A stretch of 64,000 nt of DNA from an uncultured Verrucomicrobiae bacterium (GCA_963801815.1 CAWDGJ010000003.1:32001-96000), one strand, 5' to 3'; counted from the stretch's first letter, positions 1 through 10,099 are shown. Notes: generated from the letters alone by a model not told the origin. A program made the numbers and translations.

Positions 1-853
1 GCGAATGGCTTAAAGAAAAAGGACCTGGAAGGAATCAGGAAAGAGACTCAAAAGAGTTTTAAGCAATCGCTCGAGGCGTTCAAAAAGATCAAGCGGCCCA
101 AAAAAGAGCCAGCACTTCAATTATTGTCGCGGTATGCAGAGCGGTATGGTAACCGCCATCCAGATCCGGGACCAGGTCCAGGACCAGGCCCACAACCAAA
201 GGATATTACCCAGAGTATCTGTTTCGCATCAGCTATTAACTGCAAGGGTGAGTCGTGTGAAAGTCAGAACGCAGTCATCTTTCCGGTATTCGAGTCCGAT
301 TCAGTAGGCGGTTATTTTGGCAATGAAGCGTTCGTGGCATCACCGGATCGGTCGAACAGTCTCTTTTATTCGTTTGAACCTTTGCAGAACGGTACAGCAA
401 CCATTATTTCAGAAGTGCTGCTCACCGGTGTGGTCTTTGCTAACACCGACGCAATGGTGGCAGCGGCGAGCTTTTTTGTCCCAGGCGCGTGGGGTGCACG
501 AAGTACCAGCGGATGTGAAACTCAGCTTGCGAATGAATGTATGGCAGGGTAACACGATCATTGCTTCAAGCCCCGACCAAGTCGTAGCGGATATTCATTG
601 CCAGGATGGGGACAGCAAATTTCTGGCGTTCCGGGATGATTTTTTCTCGCTGATACTAACAACAATTGTTACACAGAATGAATCGATCGTCATTGAATTG
701 ACGGCAGTGGCGAATCTTACTGGTCGATCTCAGTTTGGCATAGCTGTTGTTGATTTTGCGAAAGGACACAAGTTAGATAATTTCGATTTTGGGATTCGGG
801 TGCCACAACTTTGCGTGTTCTTCGATAGTCCTGTTGTCAACGTGCCGTATTGA
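1..853 (+). CDS. Hypothetical protein, 5'-truncated by the window edge, with a Pro-Gly linker; probable single frameshift near 475
   Basis: Frame 1 is open from base 1 to 552 (…HPDPGPGPGPGPQPK…). The 317..853 ORF gives a plausible beta-rich continuation after the T-run at ~472-477. Confidence 0.5.
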
Positions 854-1061
854 TAAGGCGCAAACGGCGTCAGCATGGAGAGCAGTCGAAGCGGCCTGTA
901 CCGATTGAAGAAACAAGGCGGAAAGTGGAGCATCATCGAGATGGAGCATTACGGACACGTCCTTCCAACCGCAGACGCCTAGGCCAAGGGACCTCAATCT
1001 GATACAACGCGCAGTTTTTCCTGCAGCGCGATTGGTTCGTAGTCGTAATTAAAGATTCAAG

Positions 1062-1601
1062 CTAAACGCGATCGCGACTTCCTGAGTCTCGCTCTGGTGA
1101 AAAACTGGCAGCGGCGGTGCGGTTCTCGACACCGAGTTTTGGATAAATGTGCTCGAGATGTTTGCCGACGGTCGCCGGTCGAATTCCGAGAATGGCCGCG
1201 ATATCCGCGTTTGTTTTTCCGCGTCCGAGCCAGGTGAGCACTTCAAGTTCGCGCGCAGTGAGCGCCCCGTGCCGGCGCGGCCAGTTTGAATCGGATGCAT
1301 CGATCTTCTCGAGCAGAAGATGGATTGTCTTGAGACCGTAGCTGGTCTGGCGCTTCACGTACAGTCGCGTCTTTCCTTGTCGGACAACGAACGGGCTATC
1401 GCTGCGCGATCGATTGTGCAGCCACTTACGGAGCTCGGCTGGCAAATTGCCATTGTTGCTCGGCTCAAAAAATTCGGTGAGCCACCTGCCCGCCGGACCA
1501 CCTGCAAACTGGATCGCGCCGGTGGAGCTCGCCAGTACCGATCGCTCTGCGACGATTAGAGGCTTTGCGTTGGAGGGTGGGGGAACGCACAACAACAACA
1601 C
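1062..1601 (-). CDS. LuxR/NarL-family HTH transcriptional regulator with no receiver domain; start uncertain
   Basis: C-terminal LTARELEVLTWLGRGKTNADIAAILGIRPATVGKHLEHIYPKLGVENRTAAA is a canonical LuxR HTH. Confidence 0.85.
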   Translation of the reverse strand: MLLLCVPPPSNAKPLIVAERSVLASSTGAIQFAGGPAGRWLTEFFEPSNNGNLPAELRKWLHNRSRSDSPFVVRQGKTRLYVKRQTSYGLKTIHLLLEKIDASDSNWPRRHGALTARELEVLTWLGRGKTNADIAAILGIRPATVGKHLEHIYPKLGVENRTAAASFSPERDSGSRDRV

Positions 1602-1680
1602 TGCAGCTAAGTAATACTCTATCTTACAAACGAGTTTTTAAAAGATTTCGCAAGAAAAAATTTGCAAACTGACATTCGCG

Positions 1681-1696
1681 TACGGCGTTCGCCGTA
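1681..1696. promoter_or_regulatory. 7-2-7 inverted repeat TACGGCG-TT-CGCCGTA, candidate LuxR/NarL-type operator
   Basis: Perfect palindrome in the intergenic region between the divergent luxR-like and RHS genes. Confidence 0.4.
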
Positions 1697-1731
1697 TATA
1701 CGACGAACCAGCATCTGTCGAAGATGTCGCC

Positions 1732-4700
1732 ATGCGTTCTCCCCAGAACTTATTTCTATTTGTCACGTTTCGAATCTTGCGTCACTCGCTGCGATTCAGC
1801 GCCAGTGGGTTTCGCATCTTCAATTTCTCTGAAACACTCAGTCCGGTCTTCATGGCCGCGATTGCAGTGATATTTTCGTACACGGCGAGAGGTGATGTCC
1901 CGATTACCGCGTATCTCTCTCCCGAACCTGTTGGTCCATGCCCTTTAGCGTGTCAGTGCGATGGAAATTTCGACAGCGTCGTTTGGGATCAGTTGGAAGT
2001 CCGCGTTGGCCGTGGTTTCGCGCCTGGATTGTATGGCGTTCGATACCGCTACTATAACAGTGCGGGATTGTTAGGCTGGACCGGTAACATCAACGTCAGC
2101 ATGCGTGCGGACGGCAGTTTTACTGCAGGCCCCGAATTCGATTGGCCGGCCTTGTACGGCGGTTACGCGCGCTATCCCGGGCAAGGTTGGGACACGAATG
2201 GCGGACCGAGCCCGTTCTCGGTTGATGGCGATTTAATACGCATTAGTGCGACCGTTTGTGGTGGAAATGCGCAGCTGTTGCACGGGCGCGTTAACATCCA
2301 AATCGGAACTCCTTCAAGTGAGCATCAAAAACGTAACGATGTAAAACGCGGCGGAGATCAATGCTCAGGGTCTGGGGACGGGATTTCTCCATCGGCGCCG
2401 ATGGCCCGTTACAGTGCTCATGCGATGTCCGCGAGTCTCAACGTAGAAGACACTCCCTTTCGCTACGCTCCTCCTCGCGGCCCGCCAATCGATTTCATCG
2501 TTACCTACAATCAACGCGATGCTGCGCCATTCCATGGGATTTCTTATTCGAATCTTGGGCCACGATGGAGTTGTAACTGGCTTTCTTATATAAGCGACGA
2601 TCCAACGGACCCGTCTGCAAGCGCAATAGTCTTTGTTCCAGGTGGCGGGACTGAAGTCTATTCCGGCTTTGATTCGGGGACTCAAAGTTATTCGCCAGAC
2701 CTACAGAGCCAGGCGGTCCTGGTTCGGATTTCCCCTACGAGTTATGAGAAGCATCTATCCGATGGCTCGAAACTGGTCTATTCGCAGAGCGACGGCGCAA
2801 CGATTTACCCGCGGACGATCTTTATGACGCAGGTTGTTGATCCTGCCGGCAACGCCGCGACGATTAGCTTCGATGCGAACTTTCGAGTTATTGCGATCAG
2901 CGATGCTTTAGGACAGGTCACGACTGTGTCGTACGAACTTCCCGACGACCCACTGAGGATTACCAAGGTCGCAGAACCATTTCCAGCCGGACGGTCCGCG
3001 CAGTTTACATATGCGAATGGTCAACTTGCCACAATCACCGATGAAATCGGAATTCAGTCACAATTGCACTACGCGCCGGGGACCGATTTCATTGATTCGA
3101 TAACGACTCCGTATGGCACGAGTCGTTTTGCCACCGGTGCAGCCGGAAGTAACAAATGGATCGAAATGACCGACCCGCTCGGTGGCAAAGAGCGCGGTAG
3201 AGTACCGAGATGGTGCGTCAGGCGTTAATGCTAGCGATCCTTCGACCACGGTGCCTGCCGGCTTCACAAATTCGAACCTCGACGTAGCCAACACGTTTTA
3301 CTGGAGTAAGAAGGCGATCGAAATGTTTCCGCCGGTAAACGGCGTTTACGACTACACGAAGGCAGAAGTCATTCATTGGTTGAAAGATTCCGATGGGCTG
3401 CTGGCCGGCATAATCGCAAGTGAAAAACCGCCGCTCGAGAACCGCCTATGGTACGCCTACGCCGGCCAGTCTGATACGAACCATACGGGTGCGATGGGTC
3501 AGCCAGCAAAGATTGCGCGCATCCTCGGCGACGGCACTACGCAGAGTTCACAGTACGAATATAACAGTCTGGGTCACGTCACCAGAACAACGGACCCAGT
3601 CGGACGCGTCTCCACTTTCGTTTACGATACAAACGGCATCGACCTGTTGGAGGTCCGCCAGACAACGGGTGCGGCGAGCGAATTGCTGCGCAGTGTTACT
3701 TACAATTCGCAGCATGAACCACTGACTGACACGGATGCTGCCGGCCAAACCACCCAGTTCACCTATAATAGTTGCGGCCGAATTTTAACTCGTAAGAACG
3801 CCAAGAACGAGACAACCACCTTCGGTTATGGGGACGGCACAGTCGCCCATCCATTAGGATATCTCACTTCAATCACCAGTCCTCCGTTTAACGGTGCTTC
3901 AGCTACGACGACATTCGCTTACGATTCGGCGAACCGCGTTCGAACAGTCACTGATCCCGACTCCTACACAACCGTCACGGATTACGACAACTTGGATCGG
4001 CCAACCCAAATCATTTATCCTGACGGAACGACTCGGCAGTTTCAATACGCCCAGGATTTCGGCCAGGGTGTCATGACCATTCTTGATCTGACCGGTAGCA
4101 AGGATCGTCGCGGTCTCTGGACGACTCGTCATTACAACGGGAGTCGGCAAATGGATTCGATTACCGATCCACTGAATCGAACAACACACTTTGGTTGGTG
4201 TAGCTGCGGCTCGCTGACGAGCATTACGGATCCGAAAAACCAGATCACGACGTTCAATCGAGATCTGCAGGGGCGGGTTTATCAGAAGATTTTCGCAGAC
4301 AACACGGCCATCAATTATCTTTATGATGGACAGACAAGCGCCAATAGCGTCGGCGCGAGCAGCCGCTTGAAATCGTCGACTGACGCGAAGAATCAGCGGA
4401 CGAACTATTCCTACTTTGCCGACGACAATGTTCAGCAAATTGCTTACACGAATACCAGCGGACAATCCCTGAGTCCTCCGACGCCGTCGGTTAGTTTCAC
4501 CTACGATTCAACCTATAACCGGATCAAAACAATGGTCGATGGCACCGGGACGACCATTTATACGTACAATCCGATTACGGCGTCGCCGACGCTCGGAGCT
4601 GGGCAGCTTGGCAGCATCGATGGCCCAATCACGAACGACATCATTACATTCAATTACGACGAGCTCGGCCGCCTAACCGGTCGTTCGATTAACGGAGCTG

Positions 4701-6337
4701 CGAATTCGAGTTCCTGGTCCCTCGACAGCCTCGGTCGCGTGAGTTCGACAGTTAACAAGCTAGGAACATTTACGAACGCTTACGTTGGCATAACGGGTCG
4801 CTTGAGCAAGGTGACCTATCCGGGCGGCATAAGCGTCAATTATTCGTACTTTCCAAATGCACAAGACAAACGGTTACGGGAAATCAAGAATTTAACGCCC
4901 AAGAATGCGCTCATCTCGCAATTCGACTACACCTACGACCAAGAGGGTCAAATTCTTACGTGGACGAACAATTATTCCGGCTTGAATCCTGCTCCCCAAA
5001 GATTCGATTTGAGCTACGATAACGCAGATCAATTGATCGCGGCATCCCTCAAGAACCTTTCGACGAACGGGCTAATTAAGCAGTACACATACGGGTACGA
5101 TTTCGCTGGCAACCGAACGTCGGAACAGGTTGGAACTATTACCACCGCGTCGATACCAAACATCGTCAACGAGTTGACCAGTCAGAACGGTGGAAGCAAT
5201 CGTACCCTGACATATGATCCCAACGGCAACTTGGTTAATGATGGAGCGAAGCGGACGTTCGAATGGGACGCCGCCAACCGCCTTACTGCAGTCAATTATA
5301 CCGGCACGAAGAATCGCACCGAGTTCAGCTATGATGGACTGAGTCGAATGTCTAAGATCGTCGAGAAGGCCGGGACGAAGGTCCAATCGACGCAGAAGTT
5401 TGTGTGGTGCGGAATGGAAAGATGCGAATATCGAGATGCCAATGACGCACTCACCCTCTGCATTTATCCTCAGGGCCAATACAAAGGGACAACGCCTTAC
5501 TATTTTACGCGCGATCATCTCGGATCGATACGCGAAATGCTCAAAAGCGACGGCAGCGTCGGCGGCCGTTACGACTACGATCCATACGGAAGATCGACAA
5601 CGGTGAAGACCGCCGTGCCCGACTTCAACTTCACCGGCTTCTATCGCCATTCCAAGAGCAATCTCGATTTTGCCGTCTACCGCGCCTACGATCCAGATCT
5701 CGGTCGATGGCTAAATCGGGATCCAATTGGAGAAAATGGGGGTTTGAAATTGTACGCCTATGCGAACAATAGCGTTACAGGTGCAATTGATCCCGACGGC
5801 TCAGATGTGATCGTGTTATTTGCCTCGCGGGCAGTCAGTGCTTGGGGATGGTTTCCACAAGGCCATATCGCCACTTTAATCGGAAGCAACCAGACCGGCT
5901 GGTATTATTACTCGCGCACTGGCTATGATCGCTGGCCGTGGTTATTTGGGCCAGGTGAGTTCGCCAGAGACTATTTCGGGACTTTCGATCAATTTAAGGC
6001 CAGTAACTACGCGGCGCAGTACACGGATGCATACCATATTATGACGGGGGCAGATCGAGATGCGGCCATGGTCGAGTATGCTGAGGAACACTATAACGAG
6101 CGTTACCACTCGATTATTCCGCAAAGCAATAATTGCGCTGATTTGACGGAAGAAATACTCGCATATGGCGGGATTCCAACACGTGGAAGTAATCAGTACA
6201 ACCTACACATTCCGTTTACATCACAATTCCCTGCACCTTTTGATTTCGGATATGTCGGAAGTCCCGAGGTTCCGAAATTTCTGCTCCAGAACATTATTCG
6301 AACGGGTGCAGGACGTTTATGGCAGGTATCACCGTGA
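1732..6337 (+). CDS. RHS/YD-repeat polymorphic toxin; one gene split by a frameshift at ~3195
   Basis: ORFs 1732..3228 and 3182..6337 join as …DPLGGKER/VEYRD…. It has many YD repeats and the RHS core end YRAYDPDLGRWLNRDPIGENGGLKLYAYANN…DPDG, followed by a ~180-aa variable tip. Confidence 0.9.
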
Positions 6338-6371
6338 ACATTGAAATGTTTGGCAGAAACTGGCAACACTT

Positions 6372-6956
6372 ATGGCTGCACTGATTGCGCAATCACATGC
6401 CAGTCGAAGGTGCCTCATCCTTGTAGTCGCCGCGATACTGGTATCGTGTGTGTTGTACGGCTCTGTACGAGTCCTGTGGGTGCTTGGTCGCGCCGGCGTA
6501 GGATTTCCGAATGGATCAAAGAGCGTTGCTGATTCTAGATCTGGCGGTTTCTATCTCGGCACGTATACTCCTACTCGGCGCGTGGTGTCATTGCGTGATG
6601 GCTCGCTGATTCATGTGCCGGATGCATGGATGGAACATGCTTGGAGGCCGCGCCTCACATTGTTTCTTCGGGACCACCGAGTTACCGCGGATGGTTACTA
6701 TCTCTACATTCCAATTTACCCTGATGAGTCCACTGGTTCTAAGACGATTTGGCCATTTAAGTTCGGCCTACGCCTCGATCAGGTCGAGCGACAGATTAGT
6801 CGTTATCCTGGTATATCGTTCAATCCAGAGGAAGGATTCCGGGTATTTTTGGATTCACCATCGGATTCGGTTAAATTCATAGTCGAGCAGAAAGAGCACG
6901 AAAGTGACACAGGGAATCGCGTTGTCGCTACAATCGAATTTAAGCGCGCATTTTAA
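6372..6956 (+). CDS. Membrane-anchored hypothetical protein, candidate RHS immunity protein
   Basis: Directly downstream of the RHS tip on the same strand, with an N-terminal hydrophobic helix (LILVVAAILVSCVLYG). Confidence 0.5.
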   Translation: MAALIAQSHASRRCLILVVAAILVSCVLYGSVRVLWVLGRAGVGFPNGSKSVADSRSGGFYLGTYTPTRRVVSLRDGSLIHVPDAWMEHAWRPRLTLFLRDHRVTADGYYLYIPIYPDESTGSKTIWPFKFGLRLDQVERQISRYPGISFNPEEGFRVFLDSPSDSVKFIVEQKEHESDTGNRVVATIEFKRAF

Positions 6957-7002
6957 ACAACCCACTTAAAACATCGCATAACGTCCGAACTGTCCGTATC
7001 GG

Positions 7003-7410
7003 GTGAAAACGCGTATCGTAATAGTTTTCTGGATTCTTATGCATGGCGCCGACTGGGCCGCCGAGCCGCAGCGCGCGAAGGGACTATCAGTACACATGCT
7101 GCCCTATCGGGTAGCTCAGATGAACGGGCAGAGCGGGGGATTCGTAGTGCGCGATTCCAATGGCGTCGAATCCACATATTCCGACCCGCAACAGCTTATT
7201 GCATTTTTTCAGACGCTGCCTTTGGCGACTCGCGAAAACGGTATTTGGGTTGTGACGACTAATCCTGCCGCCTATTCGGATGTCGAGCGGACGAAGCTGA
7301 AGACGCTCATTTCCCTTTGCCAGGAGAAACAGTTTCCGGTGTTTACTTGTCGAGGCTCCGAACTCCCAAGTGGGTGGAAACAATCAGATGTTCCAGCGGA
7401 TTGGAAATGA
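7003..7410 (+). CDS. Secreted hypothetical protein, possibly a second or orphan immunity protein
   Basis: 135-aa ORF with a signal-peptide-like N-terminus (MKTRIVIVFWILMHG…A). Confidence 0.55.
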   Translation: MKTRIVIVFWILMHGADWAAEPQRAKGLSVHMLPYRVAQMNGQSGGFVVRDSNGVESTYSDPQQLIAFFQTLPLATRENGIWVVTTNPAAYSDVERTKLKTLISLCQEKQFPVFTCRGSELPSGWKQSDVPADWK

Positions 7411-7597
7411 TTCCAGTATCGGCGCGGATGATAGACCCGGAGGTCGTAATTAAGAAAACATTCAACATTTGAAGATTTGAATTTTCGTTGTCAGGGATCG
7501 TTCCTCCACGATGGCTCGTGCGCCCCGTATACAGCTTGAAGATGCCCTCTATCACGTCTGCCGCCCGCGGCAATCGGAAAGCACATTGTAAGGCGAC

Positions 7598-7858
7598 TTA
7601 TCGCTTCAACAGCCGCTCATATTGATCGTGCGGCCCAATCCAGACCCACAGAAATCCGTCGGGCACATCTACCGCGATCGCGCGATAGCCGGTTGTTCCG
7701 ATCCGAACCGAATAGGCGTCGCGTACTTTCTTGAAGCGTAGCGCGGATGCGCGCGGATTTTCCTTCCAAAGACGATATGTCCGCTTCGTCGCTTGCCTAA
7801 TCGGCTCTGGCAACTCGCGATACAGCTCCCAGAACTCAGTCGTTCCCGACGATTTCAT
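7598..7858 (-). CDS. RelE/ParE-superfamily toxin
   Basis: 86-aa basic protein MKSSGTTEFWELYRELPEPIRQ…LRFKKV…YSVRIG..GYRAIA…WVWIGPHDQYERLL; overlaps the upstream antitoxin. Confidence 0.8.
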   Translation of the reverse strand: MKSSGTTEFWELYRELPEPIRQATKRTYRLWKENPRASALRFKKVRDAYSVRIGTTGYRAIAVDVPDGFLWVWIGPHDQYERLLKR

Positions 7859-8057
7859 CCATCGGTTGAGTTTTCCCGCTCGCGTGCTCTTTCCGAGCAC
7901 GTTCGATCAGGTTATCGAGTCGCCCGGACTTCACATCTTCCTCGAACTGCTTGTCCCACAGCGTGTCGAGATGTTCGCGGAGTTCCGCGGCAAGTTGCCA
8001 CGCTTGTTTCGGAGGCAGTTTGCGGATCGCATCTCGAATTTCAGTGACCGTGCTCAT
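7836..8057 (-). CDS. Putative antitoxin (addiction-module component)
   Basis: 73-aa MSTVTEIRDAIRKLP…WDKQFEEDVKSGRLDNLIERA, immediately upstream of and overlapping the toxin. Confidence 0.75.
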   Translation of the reverse strand: MSTVTEIRDAIRKLPPKQAWQLAAELREHLDTLWDKQFEEDVKSGRLDNLIERARKEHASGKTQPMDEIVGND

Positions 8058-8173
8058 TAGCATTAGTTTACAGCAGGAACTGAGTGGATGAAAGAACACA
8101 AGCGGCTTGGCTCTTTCCACTTCGGTTAAACCCACGGCGACAGAGCGCCGTGGGTACAATATTTAGTTCGAAA

Positions 8174-8187
8174 TGTTCACTTGAACA
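8174..8187. promoter_or_regulatory. LexA (SOS) box, Verrucomicrobia type: TGTTC-ACTT-GAACA
   Basis: Perfect TGTTC-N4-GAACA just downstream of a TACAAT -10-like hexamer (8155-8160) and just upstream of the imuB-like ORF. Confidence 0.85.
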
Positions 8188-8191
8188 TATA

Positions 8192-9386
8192 GTGCGAATT
8201 TACTGTAAAGTTGAGCCCGTGAAGGGCTCCAATCGGGCAAAGACGAAGTCCCAAAGCCCAGGGTCCGACCTATCAAGCGCCGATCACTCAACTCTCAACA
8301 GATGCCAGTCCGGCTCGGACCAACCATCAACTGCCGAAATCTTGGGCATTTTCCACAAGTGGGGAGTCCATACCCTCGGGCAGTTGGCTGCTCTTAATAA
8401 AGAGGAGCTGCGAAACCGGCTCGGCCCGGAAGCCGTCCGACTCTGGGAACGGGCTAACGGCACCGCCACCCGGCTCCTTAAATTGGTTCAGCCGCCGGAA
8501 ACTTTTATCGAAAATTACGAGTTCGATCATGAGATCGAGACCGCTGAGCCATTGCTGTTCATCCTCCGCCGGTTTCTCGAACAACTCGCTCTCCGGTTAA
8601 GCAGCATTTATCTGGTCGCGCGCGAGCTAACCCTCACGATCACATTCGAGGAACAAGGAAACACACAGTCGTGTGTTCAAAATCCCGCAGCCAACGAACG
8701 ACGTCGATCTTCTCTTCCGAATGCTCCAAACGCACCTGGAGAATCCGGCAGCTGCCGGATCCGAACATCCGATCGTTGCCGTCGCGCTCAGCGCGGAACC
8801 GAGCCGGCCGGCGTCGCAACAATTTGGATTGTTCGAGACCGCGCTAAGAAATCCGCATCAGCTTTACGAAACATTGGCTCGATTGGTTGCGCTGGTCGGG
8901 AACGATCGCGTCGGTACACCGGTGATCGAAGAAACGCATCGGCCGGACACGTTTCGAATGGAGCCGTTCGACTGGCGTCGAAATGACGAATGTCGAATAT
9001 CGAATGTCGAAACAAAACCGGCGCTCCGAAGGTTTCGGCCGCCGGCGCGGACGTCGATTTTTATTTCGAATGGACGTTATCTCGGAGAAAAAGCGGGCGA
9101 TTGGGGATACTGCCAGTCCAATGCAAGTGCGGCTCGCACCTCGGACTGGCCCCTACCTGAATGCAGGCGAGACAATGCCAGTCCGGCTCGGACCTGCCGC
9201 CACAGAAGAAGCGACAAAGTCCGCGGACAAATTATCGATCAGGCCGGGCCGTTTCTACTTTCAGGAAATTGGTGGGACGAAAAAGCGTGGGCCCGCGCGG
9301 AGTGGGACATGCAATTGAAGAATGGCGATCTGATTCGCGCTCACGAAAGCGCGGGCGTTTGGGAAATCGACGGGATCTACGACTGA
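8192..9386 (+). CDS. imuB: ImuB-like protein (inactive Y-family polymerase homolog), N-terminally shortened; frameshift at ~8650-8670 and probably others in the insert-rich 9060-9210 region
   Basis: Thumb-like LGIFHKWGVHTLGQLAAL, little-finger FDHEIETAEPLLFILRRFLEQL, clamp-motif-like QQFGLF, C-terminal GPFLLSGNWWD…EIDGIYD. LexA box upstream and dnaE2 nearby. GTG at 8192 is the first in-frame start after the box. Confidence 0.75.
8302..8321 (+). repeat. Micro-element copy ATGCCAGTCCGGCTCGGACC inserted in a TCAACT/TCAACC heptamer-like repeat
   Basis: Direct read: ctcaactctcaacag-ATGCCAGTCCGGCTCGGACC-aaccatcaact. Confidence 0.85.
8743..8760. repeat. 18-bp perfect palindrome ATCCGGCAGCTGCCGGAT inside imuB
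   Basis: Self-complementary; translates as NPAAAG within LEN…SEHPIV. Confidence 0.6.
8982..9011. repeat. Heptamer tandem repeat (AATGACG/AATGTCG/AATATCG/AATGTCG) inside imuB
   Basis: Direct read of four degenerate 7-mers. Confidence 0.7.
9096..9204. repeat. Two REP-like units ending CCCTAC and GCCACA, carrying three micro-element copies, one nested inside another
   Basis: tgccagtcc[aatgcaagtgcggctcgcacc]tcggactggc at 9111-9150 and aatgccagtccggctcggacc at 9174-9194. Confidence 0.8.
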
Positions 9387-9403
9387 GGAAGCGCGCGTGT
9401 GTC

Positions 9404-10099
9404 TTATCGCGAACTTCTGCGCACTTTGGCTCGTGCGTATTCCCTGGTGGTCGCGACTCTCATCGCGGACAATCCCACTAACGCCAGAGCCAAGAATGTT
9501 ATCGTCGCGCCGCTGTCCGGGACATGGATGATATAATCCTGGCCGGGACCTGAGACTGCAATCAGGTTCGCTCCTCTGCCGTTGTAACTGGAGAGACTCT
9601 GAATGAGAGCGCTGGCGCCGTAATCATTGCCCGAGATAGTGAAATTCGAGCCGCCGACAATCTCCCAAATGGCAATTTGCAGACCTGCCGCATCTGCGGC
9701 GCTCATGGTTGGCGAGTAATCCATTGCCCACAACTTGCTAATCTCGTCGGCCTTAACCGCCCCCATGGTGCCGGGAGGCTTGGGAGCATTTGCAAGAGCG
9801 ACAAATTGATACCCCGAAGATGAGCTGAGGCTGAAGTGAAAGGGGTCGATGCAGAAACCGTTGGCTGGTGTTCCATCAACAACGAGTTTGTTTATTCCGG
9901 CATAAACGCCACCGGTATAAAAATTGGTGACCGAAATAGTGACAATTTCATTGGGATCCACACTGAGCTCTTGAACGGTGAACGCTCGTGCTGGAAGGGC
10001 GAACAAAACCAGCAAACCCGCGATTCCTAGGAAACTGCTGAAGACCGATTTGATCGGGGCGTTAACTCTTGGGTTCAAGGGATTTTCTGAGGATTTCAC
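9404..10099 (-). CDS. VPDSG-CTERM (PEP-CTERM-like) surface protein with thioester-domain-like FC…QxAIW motifs
   Basis: Signal peptide ending ARA; GFCIDPF and LQIAIWE motifs; C-terminal VPDSG followed by a hydrophobic helix and a basic tail. Confidence 0.85.
   Translation of the reverse strand: MKSSENPLNPRVNAPIKSVFSSFLGIAGLLVLFALPARAFTVQELSVDPNEIVTISVTNFYTGGVYAGINKLVVDGTPANGFCIDPFHFSLSSSSGYQFVALANAPKPPGTMGAVKADEISKLWAMDYSPTMSAADAAGLQIAIWEIVGGSNFTISGNDYGASALIQSLSSYNGRGANLIAVSGPGQDYIIHVPDSGATITFLALALVGLSAMRVATTREYARAKVRRSSR

Noticed and set aside
877..983. Small ORF MESSRSGLYRLKKQGGKWSII…
   Set aside because: About 35 codons and may be a gene remnant; insufficient support to annotate.
1705..1731. 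ECF-like promoter GAAC-N17-GTC before the RHS gene
   Set aside because: The -10 element lacks the YAA seen at the other two sites and abuts the annotated ATG; it could be chance.
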